Shown: positions 9,240 to 16,980, counted from the stretch's first letter. The stretch is 64,000 nt of DNA from an uncultured Alphaproteobacteria bacterium (GCA_963789535.1 CAWBKU010000002.1:9046-73045), one strand, 5' to 3'. Made by a program: numbers and translations. The notes: a model not told the origin generated them from the letters alone.

Positions 9240-9480
9240 CGTAGGGATTGTGGTCTGACTCGTCGCCCCCCGGCAACAGGTCAAAAGAACGGTCCAGTGC
9301 CCGCACGTCCCAGACCCTGCGACCGTCTATTTTCTTGGGTCTAGGCATCCGCCCGTCACCCGTCATGGCATCGAATTTCGTCGGGCTGACGCCGATGTAT
9401 TCCGCCGACTCGACACGATTCAGCCCGCGCCGCGTTGGCGGGGGGACTGCATCGTGCCGAATCGGACGGGCATCGGTCAT
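9232..9480 (-). CDS. xis: excisionase / AlpA-like helix-turn-helix DNA-binding protein
   Basis: 82 aa. LNRVESAEYIGVSPTKFDAM...GRMPRPKKIDGRRVWDVRALD matches the excisionase-family HTH pattern. Lies directly upstream of int. Confidence 0.8.
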   Translation of the reverse strand: MTDARPIRHDAVPPPTRRGLNRVESAEYIGVSPTKFDAMTGDGRMPRPKKIDGRRVWDVRALDRSFDLLPGGDESDHNPYDD

Positions 9481-9484
9481 CGGC

Positions 9485-9808
9485 TCAGCCGTCCAGCCGG
9501 ACGTTGACGCTGGCGGACGGGTTGCCTGCCACAGTGACGGCGAGGCCAACGCGGGTGTTGCCGCTGGCGGTGGTCGTGACCAGTCCGTCGGATGCCCGGT
9601 GGTAGGCGATGGCCCCCACGGCGAAGGCGTCGGTTTCGACCTTGGGCAGATCGAACACGCCGACCGTGGACAGGACCAGAGGCTCGCCGATAGCGGCGTC
9701 CCCGAAGGCCACGCCGATCAGGTTGCCGACTTTCACCACGTCGCCAGAGGCGGCGATTGCGGCGGCGGTGAGGGTGATGCGTTCACCCGGCTGCACGTAG
9801 TTTTTCAT
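9485..9808 (-). CDS. DUF2190 family protein (phage head decoration-type)
   Basis: 107 aa, MKNYVQPGE.ITLTA......GDVV.VG.L.GVA..DAA.GE......VGVF.LPK family pattern. Confidence 0.8.
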   Translation of the reverse strand: MKNYVQPGERITLTAAAIAASGDVVKVGNLIGVAFGDAAIGEPLVLSTVGVFDLPKVETDAFAVGAIAYHRASDGLVTTTASGNTRVGLAVTVAGNPSASVNVRLDG

Positions 9809-9809
9809 C

Positions 9810-10028
9810 TCAGATTCCCTTCGATGTGTTGAGGTAGATGGTGTGGACCGGCTGACGGCTGGCCTTGGCGATTTCGGCCTCTAGAAAGCCAATGGCGCGG
9901 GCCATCTCGCCGTCGGTGCGGTAGGTTACGAGTTCGCCGCTCTGGTCCCTGAAGGTGAGGACACCACTGGCCCTGTTGAGGACCAGAGCATCGCGGGCAG
10001 CGACCAGAGCGGCGAGGGTGAGGGCCAT
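9810..10028 (-). CDS. gpW-like head-tail joining protein
   Basis: 72 aa. L.ALVAARDAL......G....F.D..G..V.Y......M...I.FLE.EI aligns by eye to lambda gpW ([46 protein letters not shown]). Confidence 0.7.
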   Translation of the reverse strand: MALTLAALVAARDALVLNRASGVLTFRDQSGELVTYRTDGEMARAIGFLEAEIAKASRQPVHTIYLNTSKGI

Positions 10029-10029
10029 A

Positions 10030-11859
10030 TCAGTCCCCCGGGTTCAGGTAGGCAGCGCGCCAGTCGAGCCAGCCCGCGCCGAAGTCGAGCCACGCGCGGA
10101 ACTTCAGGCCCAGCGTGTCCCACGCCTCTGCCCGCTGAATCTGGACGCCTTGGGCACTGGACAGGTAGCCGTATTGCAGCGCCGCGACACGGGCCGGGTC
10201 GGCGAAGATATACCAGCTTTCGTCTTCGATCCGGGGTTCCACCAGAAGGGTCAGCTTCGCCATCCCCGACTGAGCGTCGGCACTGGTGGCCGGGTATATC
10301 GAGGCGAGGAACCTCTCAGCCGCCGCCTCGCCAGCGGGACCGACCAGCAGATAGCGGGGGGTCACGTTGATGAGGGTCTTGCCGTCGAGTCCTTTGAAGC
10401 CCCGCATGGCCTTGCGGGCGTCGTCCAGTGCGGCGGTGTCGCCTGTGCTGCCCAGCGACACGCCGGACGCGATGGTGTTGCCCCGTGCCGTGCTAAAGAC
10501 GGGGTTGCCGTCGGACAGGTTCGGGTTGCCGGTGATGAGGTCCGTCATGATATCCCGCTCAGTGTCGGCAGCCGCCTCACCAAACGCCGCCGTCATGTCG
10601 CCCAGCAGGTTGAGGTCATCGTTGATGATGAGGTTGCGCGACACGGTGATGGCCCGGGCGTAGGTCTTCAGGACCAGCGACTCGCCGTTTTCCGCGCGGC
10701 TGGTGTGGGTGATTTCGCCAGACTCGGCGAGTTCTTCCAGACGGCCCATCTCGCCCAGACGGATTGCCGTGCTGGTCTTGAAGTTGCTCAGCGACCGTTG
10801 ACGGCCAAGTTGCTTCAGGGGCGACTGAGCGGCTTGATAAGAGGCCATCGCGGTCTTGTTCGCGGCGTTGGACACGACGAGGGCGAAGTCGCTGGTGGTA
10901 TGCTCGCCTGCACGGGTCAGCACTTCGTCATTGCTCATGCCGCGTGTCGAGATACCGGCGCGGCCCAGCGAGTCCTTCGCCACGTCCATGAGCGACATGG
11001 ACATGAACTGCCGAACCTCGGGGGCCGGGGTGCCGCCCGCCATGCGGACGTGCAGGGCGTCGGCCATGCGGTCACGGATGACAGCGGGGTCATCGTTCGC
11101 CGGGGTGTGGCTGCGGATGATCGGGGTCGTGCTGCGGCGGGTCGCCCCTACAAGGTGCGCGTCGGTAAGCTGGTCGAGTTCGTTCGCGGCGATGACAGCC
11201 GGGGCCACGCGCGACAGCCCGCGCACCTGACCCGCCGATTGCGCCTCAAAGACGTGGATCACGTCGGCGGCGTCAAACCGGACAGAGGGCGCATATTCGG
11301 TGAACTCGGCAGTCGGGCGCTGGGGAAGAATCCAGTAGGCGACAATCTTGCCACCGATGAACTCCACGCCGTTCACGATTTCATGGTGGGAGGCGATGAA
11401 GGCGGTCTTGGACTCGTCCAGATGCTCGGGCGGCAGAACCTGAATCCACAATTCGCCGTCGTCGCCGACGTGCAGGATTGCCAGTCCCTCGCCGTCGCGG
11501 ACCATGTGCAGGGCGAGGATGCGTTGCAGACCGTAGAAGTCGGTGCGACCGTCATAGTCGGCGGCGGTGGTCCACGACTCGAAACGCCGCATGACCTCTT
11601 CGTCGGCGACGTTCGGGCGGATGCCCGTGCCGGTCATGGACGTGACGAGATTATCTAGGGCATTTCGGATCAGCCCGTTATTCACATAGAGGCTGCGGGA
11701 ACGGCTGCGCACAATCGGCCCAGCCGCCGCAATTTCAGAATTGACCGGCCCGAACGTCCCTTGACCTTTGCCACGCCGCTGCCTGCCCGCTGCGTCAATA
11801 GAGCGAACGTGCGGGGCCGGGTCGGCGCGGCGAAAGAATTTGGGGAACGGGAAGGCCAT
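10030..11859 (-). CDS. chimeric ORF: lambda-family portal N-terminal half fused in frame to a complete phage major-capsid domain
   Basis: Residues about 50-250 align by eye to lambda gpB (RS.SLYVNNG.IRNA.DN.V....GTGIRP; VIHVFEAQSAGQVRG..). Residues about 285-609 carry the capsid pattern SLMDVAKDSL...RGMS..EV..RA..HTTSDF....N.ANK, ITVSRNLIINDDL..LGDM, WYIFADP, LKFRAWLDFG. The portal C-terminal half, protease and scaffold are absent. Confidence 0.7.
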   Translation of the reverse strand: MAFPFPKFFRRADPAPHVRSIDAAGRQRRGKGQGTFGPVNSEIAAAGPIVRSRSRSLYVNNGLIRNALDNLVTSMTGTGIRPNVADEEVMRRFESWTTAADYDGRTDFYGLQRILALHMVRDGEGLAILHVGDDGELWIQVLPPEHLDESKTAFIASHHEIVNGVEFIGGKIVAYWILPQRPTAEFTEYAPSVRFDAADVIHVFEAQSAGQVRGLSRVAPAVIAANELDQLTDAHLVGATRRSTTPIIRSHTPANDDPAVIRDRMADALHVRMAGGTPAPEVRQFMSMSLMDVAKDSLGRAGISTRGMSNDEVLTRAGEHTTSDFALVVSNAANKTAMASYQAAQSPLKQLGRQRSLSNFKTSTAIRLGEMGRLEELAESGEITHTSRAENGESLVLKTYARAITVSRNLIINDDLNLLGDMTAAFGEAAADTERDIMTDLITGNPNLSDGNPVFSTARGNTIASGVSLGSTGDTAALDDARKAMRGFKGLDGKTLINVTPRYLLVGPAGEAAAERFLASIYPATSADAQSGMAKLTLLVEPRIEDESWYIFADPARVAALQYGYLSSAQGVQIQRAEAWDTLGLKFRAWLDFGAGWLDWRAAYLNPGD

Positions 11860-11861
11860 AG

Positions 11862-12467
11862 TTAGTTTGCGGCGTTGCGAGCGGCACGGCGGCTCGGGTG
11901 AACGCGGTCCAGAATGTCGGTCATCGGGACAGACAGGACAGCCCGCGCCTCATACTGAGGGCCGGGGTGCGTGACATTTGTGCCCTCTGCCGTCGGACGC
12001 GACATGAAGCGGCCTTGAAACAGTTTCTCGCCGGTGGGGGTGGCAAAGAGCCAAAGGTCAAACACCCAATCGCGCGATCCGCCCTCATATTCGCGGATGA
12101 CGTGCTGCCCCGGCGTGATTGCGGGGTATTTGTTGTCGGGGGCATCCCCGTCGCGCCAGAAGTTGAACGCCATCGCGACGGCTTGGGCAGCGCCGTTGCC
12201 TGAAATGCCGAATTGATTCAGCCGCACCAGAACTTCTGCCACCAGAATTTCACCGGGCAGAAAGAGAAAAGCCCGCTTGCCCTCAGTCTCTTGGGCGATG
12301 GGGGTCAGTTGGCCTTGCCGCATATACCAGCGCAGCCGGTCAGTGACCGCCTTCTTGTCTTCGCCGGGATAGGCGACAGCATCGGCGAGGTCGCCGATAG
12401 TCAGAAGGTCGCCCGGGTTCTTTCGGACCTGCTTGGGGATCATCGCCCCGCCATAAATCTTCGCCAT
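11862..12467 (-). CDS. hypothetical protein with MerR/TerS-like N-terminal HTH motif; first gene of the leftward operon
   Basis: Start chosen at ATG 12467: GGAGAGG lies 8 nt upstream, and hand-counted GC3 rises from about 48% upstream to about 76% downstream. The N-terminus LLTIGDLADAV.....K.VTDRLRWYMRQGQL.P is HTH-like. Confidence 0.6.
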   Translation of the reverse strand: MAKIYGGAMIPKQVRKNPGDLLTIGDLADAVAYPGEDKKAVTDRLRWYMRQGQLTPIAQETEGKRAFLFLPGEILVAEVLVRLNQFGISGNGAAQAVAMAFNFWRDGDAPDNKYPAITPGQHVIREYEGGSRDWVFDLWLFATPTGEKLFQGRFMSRPTAEGTNVTHPGPQYEARAVLSVPMTDILDRVHPSRRAARNAAN

Positions 12468-12498
12468 TTGTCGCACCTCTCCATTGTCAGGATAGGGC

Positions 12499-12533
12499 GA
12501 CTCATATGCCGGATTGCCCGCATATGTCGAGTC
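12499..12533. promoter_or_regulatory. imperfect inverted repeat in the divergent intergenic region (candidate operator)
   Basis: gactcatatgc (12499-12509), a 10-nt spacer, then gcatatg-tc-gagtc (12520-12533). Lies 32-66 nt upstream of the 12467 start. Confidence 0.35.
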
Positions 12534-12737
12534 GAAAACCAATTGTAAACCGTAGGTTAGCAATGCCATGAGACTTGACCAAGGCGGGCCACCCGGTGTA
12601 GTGAGTCGTTGTTGGCCGCTCGTTGTAGTGATCGTCGGTTGGCTCCTGTCCGGGTTTGGTTGGCCCGGAACTGGCGGCGGGGGTTTGTCCATGTCCCCCG
12701 CCGCTTTCTTTCCCCTGAACTCGAAAGGACCAAGCCC

Positions 12738-12974
12738 ATGCGACAGTTTACCAAAGGACACGACAAGGCCCTCGGGCTTGCCCGAGTGGCGATGCACGTC
12801 AATTCGATAGAGGGGTGCAGTCTGCAATCGTGGCGGAACGACGTGCAGCTTATATGCAAGATGTGCAACGTCTCCGCGCCCGACGACTATCTGGCATGGG
12901 TGACGGGCGGCGACATGAAGGACGCCGACATTGCGGACCGGTCGCGGGCGTTCGGGATGCAAAGAGTCCGCTAA
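12738..12974 (+). CDS. small hypothetical protein (78 aa), divergent from the head-gene operon
   Basis: ATG 12738 with AAAGGA 8 nt upstream. Hand-counted GC3 is about 78%, which favours coding on this strand. Has three Cys and one His (H20, C27, C41, C44) but no recognisable family. Confidence 0.45.
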   Translation: MRQFTKGHDKALGLARVAMHVNSIEGCSLQSWRNDVQLICKMCNVSAPDDYLAWVTGGDMKDADIADRSRAFGMQRVR

Positions 12975-13080
12975 ACCGACTGCTGACTAATAGTCTACCA
13001 GCAACAATCGAAGCTGCGCGGCAACGCTCAGAAGTCTGACGCGCCTCAACGGGAAATAGTCGCTAGTTGGACAGCTTAAA

Positions 13081-14100
13081 TCAAACCTTCCGGGTAATTG
13101 ACATCTCCAGCACCAATTTACTTCCCAAAGCAGTCAAGCTCAGAAATTCAGAGTAGCTGCCAGCAGTTGTCTTGGAAACATGGCTCGACACCAGCCCTAA
13201 GGCGATAAGTTGGTTCTTGATGCGAATAATAAAAAAGTCCGAAATTTTCGAAGGTTCTTTAAATGACCCAGTATCAGCTGCAAGAGCACGCAGGCCATAC
13301 AAGATACAGTAGGATGGTGGGCGAGCCAGATCAAGCTGGGATGCAACTGCAAAAAATATTTGCTTCCAACTCAAATCGACGGAACGCTCGTATTCAGAAG
13401 TCCTTCCTTGGTTTGTCTGTTTAAATTTATACTCAATTGAAAAAATGTCCTCAAGGCCAGCAATATTATCAAATTTAGGCGCCATCGCCGCTTCAGCGCG
13501 CGCTAGTTTTTGCTCTGCTGAACTGAGAAGTTCCCTAAGTTCTTTGTTCTTTGTCATTTCGTCATTCAAGCGATTTACTGCCTCTTCGCTAGCGGCAGTA
13601 TTGGCACGAATCCAACCCACTTGCGGATGGTCGTTCAAAGCATGCATCAATGATTTGAGAAGAGTGCTTTCAAGGTCCTGCCGCGTCTTCCATGTCTTTA
13701 CTAGACGGCCCGTCACTACTTTTCTTCTAAATTCATCGAGAGCATTTGCCGCCTTGGTCTCGACCTCACTCTTACCAATAGAGATTTCCTCAGGGTTAGA
13801 GTGCACAAATGCTAAGACAATTTTATTTGTCTCTATTGCGTATTCATATTCCTTTTCTGTGAAGCTTATACCCTCTGAGTCCACTGAGCCGTATCGACCC
13901 CCGATGATAAGCACGTAATAGTCGCACTCATCAATGACCTTTTTAATATATGAGAATTGCTCTGTATCCGATGCGGGAAATAACTCCATTCCGGCAGGAA
14001 TGTGGTTAAGATCTAGGATGCTACGAATCGCATCAGCGCGCTCGTCTTTAAGGTCTGTGAAGGTTGAAGAGACAAATACTTGGAATTTCTTGACGCTCAT
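13081..14100 (-). CDS. DUF4062 (TIR / nucleoside-2-deoxyribosyltransferase-like) domain protein with coiled coil and an unassigned C-terminal domain; low-GC foreign cassette
   Basis: 340 aa from ATG 14100 (GAAGGTG 8 nt upstream). N-terminus is KFQVFVSSTFTDLKDER..MELFPA..DECDYYVLIIGGRYGS..SFTEKEYEYA..NKIVLAFV. A heptad-like stretch covers residues about 170-205. Hand-counted G+C is 32-50% per 60-nt line against about 68-70% in the flanks. Confidence 0.8.
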   Translation of the reverse strand: MSVKKFQVFVSSTFTDLKDERADAIRSILDLNHIPAGMELFPASDTEQFSYIKKVIDECDYYVLIIGGRYGSVDSEGISFTEKEYEYAIETNKIVLAFVHSNPEEISIGKSEVETKAANALDEFRRKVVTGRLVKTWKTRQDLESTLLKSLMHALNDHPQVGWIRANTAASEEAVNRLNDEMTKNKELRELLSSAEQKLARAEAAMAPKFDNIAGLEDIFSIEYKFKQTNQGRTSEYERSVDLSWKQIFFAVASQLDLARPPSYCILYGLRALAADTGSFKEPSKISDFFIIRIKNQLIALGLVSSHVSKTTAGSYSEFLSLTALGSKLVLEMSITRKV

Positions 14101-14123
14101 ACAACCCGCACCTTCTGAAATTG

Positions 14124-14654
14124 TTAGTGTCCGTCTAGCCATGCGCTTCGGATCACGCTAGCGGATTTTTTTGGCATGCCCCCCAGCGCCCCGTTGAGGC
14201 GCGCCAGAAGGGCAGTCCGTTGTTCGGGGGAGTGGGCTTTGCTCAAAGGGCAGAAGACGCGCCAGCGCCGCCCCTTCCCGGGCTTACCGTCGCTAGGTGT
14301 CGTGTAGATCAGGGCGGTGATACCGGCCTTCTCGACAAGCCCCACGGCCTCCACGGGGGCCACGTCCCCTGCGTCATAATCGACCTCAACGCCCGTGATG
14401 CTCAAGACATTGGAGTCATAGCGCAGGCAGTTCTTATCGGACGGCACGTCGCCGAACGTCGCGCCCTTCAAGAAGGGCAGCAGGTCCTTGGACGGGGCGA
14501 TGCGCTTTTCGATCCCAGCGGCGAGGCGGCGCAGGCTCAGCGTCTTCTCAGCCTTGGTCTTGGCATATTGGTCGGGGAAGAGCGTGACCGTCATGGGGGC
14601 GTCCAGAGGGTCTTGATCGGGGGCCGGATTGGGGGTATTCAGATACCGCGACAT
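14124..14654 (-). pseudogene. 5' fragment of an island/phage replication (primase-like, VirE-N/AEP-type) gene, truncated at the low-GC cassette junction
   Basis: 176 aa from ATG 14654 (AAAGGA upstream). The pattern PFLKGATFGD....R.D.NV..ITG.E.DYD ... YTTPS......RWRV..PLS resembles N-terminal domains of primase-helicase proteins that are normally several hundred aa long. The reading frame ends within about 40 nt after composition switches to AT-rich. Confidence 0.45.
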
Positions 14655-14778
14655 AGTGTTGTCCTTTCGCATGTCGTTTTCAGGGATTGGCTTTGGGGCC
14701 GGTTCAATCTTCCAGACCCCCGGCAGGCTCGCTCACCTGCCGGGGTTTCTGTTTTTCGGGGGATAAGGGTCTGTTTCG

Positions 14779-14835
14779 GTGGGACAAAAATTCCCGAAAA
14801 ACCTAATGAAACTATGGGAAGAACGATTGTCCCAC
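14779..14835. repeat. GTGGGACA / TTGTCCCAC motif pair (candidate arm-type sites), attR side
   Basis: GTGGGACA at 14779-14786 and TTGTCCCAC at 14827-14835. The extended match cgaaa(a)gtgggaca is shared with 8145-8157. Confidence 0.55.
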
Positions 14836-14870
14836 TTTTCGCTAAGCCACAGGAATCAAAGGCTTAATGT

Positions 14871-14886
14871 ATTCCGCCCCTGGGCA
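14871..14886 (+). repeat. attR core (direct repeat of the tRNA-Phe 3' end)
   Basis: attccgcccctgggca, identical to 8057-8072. Confidence 0.85.
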
Positions 14887-15073
14887 ACATTTACCGCGTC
14901 GAGATCGGGACGTGTCGGAGATGCGCGCGGAGCCGACTGCGTCGTCCCTCGTGCCCGTCCCGGAGGACAGGAAGTGAAGTGGATCGTTGCAGCCTGTCCG
15001 CTGAAAAATGACGGGCTCCGACGGTGATGGGCCACATTGCCTCTTTACAGCGTAACCGTCCGGGCTGACTGCT

Positions 15074-16573
15074 CTACTTCGGCCGGTTCCACGGCAGCAG
15101 GTCGTCCACGCGGGTGATCTTGTAGTCGGGGATGCGGGCGAGGGTATCGGCGAGCCAAGCCTGCGGATCGACACCGTTGAGCTTGGCGGTCTCGATGAGG
15201 GTATAGGCGATGGCAGCGGCGCGGCCGCCGGTGAGCGAGCCGACGAAGAGGTAGTTCTTCCGACCGATCGCGACGGAGCGCATCGCACGTTCGGCCGTGT
15301 TGTTGTCCAGCTCCAGGACCCCACAATCGAGATAGGGCCGGAGCCGCTTCATGCGGGTCAGGGCGTAGCGGATCGCCACGGCCAGCGGCGACTTGCCGGA
15401 GATGGATGGCAGCTGGAGGTGCAGCCAGGCCTCGAGGTCGTCGAAGATCGACACCGCCTTGGCCTGCCGGATCTCGACGCGCCTATCCGGGGGCGAGGCT
15501 CTCACCTCCTTCTCGACGCCGTAGAGTTGGGCGATGCGCGCGATGGCCTCCTCGGCGATGGCCGAGCCCTGGACCCGATGAACGTCGACGAACTTGCGCC
15601 TGACATGGGCCATGCAGGCGACCTCGCGGATGTCGCCGGACCGGTAGATGTCCTCGAACCCGGCGTAACCGTCGGCATGCATCCAGCCGCGGTAGTCGGC
15701 GAGATGGTCCTTCGGATGCTGACCCTTCCGATCCGGCGAGAACCGATACCAGCTGGCGGGCGGTGCGGCACCGCCCCAGGGTCGCTCATCTCGCGCATAG
15801 GCCCAGAGCCGTGCCGTGGCCGTCTTGCCGGTGCCGGGTGCCAGCATCCGGACGGGCGTGTCGTCCGCGAAGATCGCCTGTCCGGCCAAGACGTGCCGGC
15901 CGATGGCGTCCGCCAGCGGCTCGAGTAGCGCGGTGCTCTTCCCCACCCAGTCCGCCAGCGTCGAACGGTCGATGTCGAGCCCATCACGCTCGAAGATCTG
16001 GCTCTGGCGGTAGAGCGGCAGATGATCGGCGTATTTGTTGACCAGAACGTGGGCGAGCAGGCCAGGACCGGGGCGTCCACGCTCAATGGGGCGGGATGGC
16101 AGGGACGCCTGGGTGAAAGCTTCGCAGCCGGAACACGCGAAGCGCGGTCGCACGATGCGGTTCACGATGAACCGCCCGGGCACATACTCGAGTTCCTCGG
16201 TCACGTCCTCGCCCAAGCGACGCAGCACGCCGCCGCACTGGGCGCAGTCATCGTCGCCGGTGGTGAGTTCGACTTCCATCCGCGGAATGTGATCCGGGAT
16301 CGGGCGGCGCTTCGGCTTGTCCTTGGGCTCCTCGTCGGGAAGCCGCAGCTTCGCCGTCATCTTCGCGATCGAGATCTCGGTCGCCTCGAGCGCCAGCTGA
16401 AGCTGCTCGATGGTCTCCGACGAGGTGCCGAACCGGGAGTTGCGGTGACCGGCAAGCTGATGCTGGAGCTTCATGATCAGCATCGCCTGCGACTTAACCT
16501 CGGCCAGAAGCAGGGCCGTGAAGTGACGTAGTTCGTCGGGATCTTCCGGCAGGGATCGGGCGGTGTAGAGCAT
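15074..16573 (-). CDS. tnpC: IS66 family transposase TnpC
   Basis: 499 aa from MLYTARSLPED. Contains a leucine-zipper region, the zinc-finger C.QCGG...C..C, and the LPLYRQ and DDT....L DDE region. Confidence 0.93.
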   Translation of the reverse strand: MLYTARSLPEDPDELRHFTALLLAEVKSQAMLIMKLQHQLAGHRNSRFGTSSETIEQLQLALEATEISIAKMTAKLRLPDEEPKDKPKRRPIPDHIPRMEVELTTGDDDCAQCGGVLRRLGEDVTEELEYVPGRFIVNRIVRPRFACSGCEAFTQASLPSRPIERGRPGPGLLAHVLVNKYADHLPLYRQSQIFERDGLDIDRSTLADWVGKSTALLEPLADAIGRHVLAGQAIFADDTPVRMLAPGTGKTATARLWAYARDERPWGGAAPPASWYRFSPDRKGQHPKDHLADYRGWMHADGYAGFEDIYRSGDIREVACMAHVRRKFVDVHRVQGSAIAEEAIARIAQLYGVEKEVRASPPDRRVEIRQAKAVSIFDDLEAWLHLQLPSISGKSPLAVAIRYALTRMKRLRPYLDCGVLELDNNTAERAMRSVAIGRKNYLFVGSLTGGRAAAIAYTLIETAKLNGVDPQAWLADTLARIPDYKITRVDDLLPWNRPK

Positions 16574-16632
16574 GCCAGAACATAGCAAATTATGAGCCTG
16601 ACGGGAATCCTCGATGCGCGCGCCTTGCCAGA

Positions 16633-16980
16633 TTATCCCGCTCTGAGCGGCTTCCAGCTGCGCTGCGGCTGTCGCCAGTCGATGCCCTCCAGGAGCATCG
16701 CCAACTGCGCCGCCGTCAGAGAGATCTTGCCCTCCTTCGCCGACGGCCAGACGAACCGGCCCGTCTCCAGGCGCTTGGAGAACAGGCATGCGCCCTGGCC
16801 GTCCCACCAGATGATCTTGACCAGATCGCCGCGCCGCCCCCGGAAGACGAACATGTGGCCCACGAACGGATCCAGCTTCAGCGTCTCCTCCGCCTGCGCG
16901 GCCAGCGTCGTGAACCCGCGCCGCATGTCGGTCACCCCCGCCGCCAGCCAGACCCGCGTGTTCGACGGAACGGGGATCAT
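16633..16980 (-). CDS. tnpB: IS66 Orf2 family protein TnpB
   Basis: 115 aa, [23 protein letters not shown]...... typical TnpB. Its ATG overlaps the tnpA stop (ATGA). Confidence 0.92.
   Translation of the reverse strand: MIPVPSNTRVWLAAGVTDMRRGFTTLAAQAEETLKLDPFVGHMFVFRGRRGDLVKIIWWDGQGACLFSKRLETGRFVWPSAKEGKISLTAAQLAMLLEGIDWRQPQRSWKPLRAG

Larger units (their letters stand above)
8057..14886. mobile_element. 6.8-kb tRNA-Phe-integrated element (prophage remnant or phage-satellite-like island) bounded by 16-bp direct repeats
   Basis: attccgcccctgggca occurs at 8057-8072 (inside the tRNA T-arm/acceptor) and again at 14871-14886. A tyrosine integrase and excisionase abut the tRNA, phage head genes lie inside, and repeated arm-type motifs sit at both ends. 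Confidence 0.85.

Noticed and set aside
11862-12962. Full 366-aa version of the ORF upstream of the portal chimera, and the antisense ORF 12557..12868
   Set aside because: The region 12468-12962 has low GC3 in that frame and no RBS at the upstream ATGs. It is better explained by a divergent intergenic region plus a plus-strand 78-aa gene with high GC3.
14220-14867. 215-aa plus-strand ORF across the primase fragment and attR-proximal region
   Set aside because: It is antisense to the better-supported primase-like reading frame and continues through non-coding arm-site DNA. It has no RBS or motifs.
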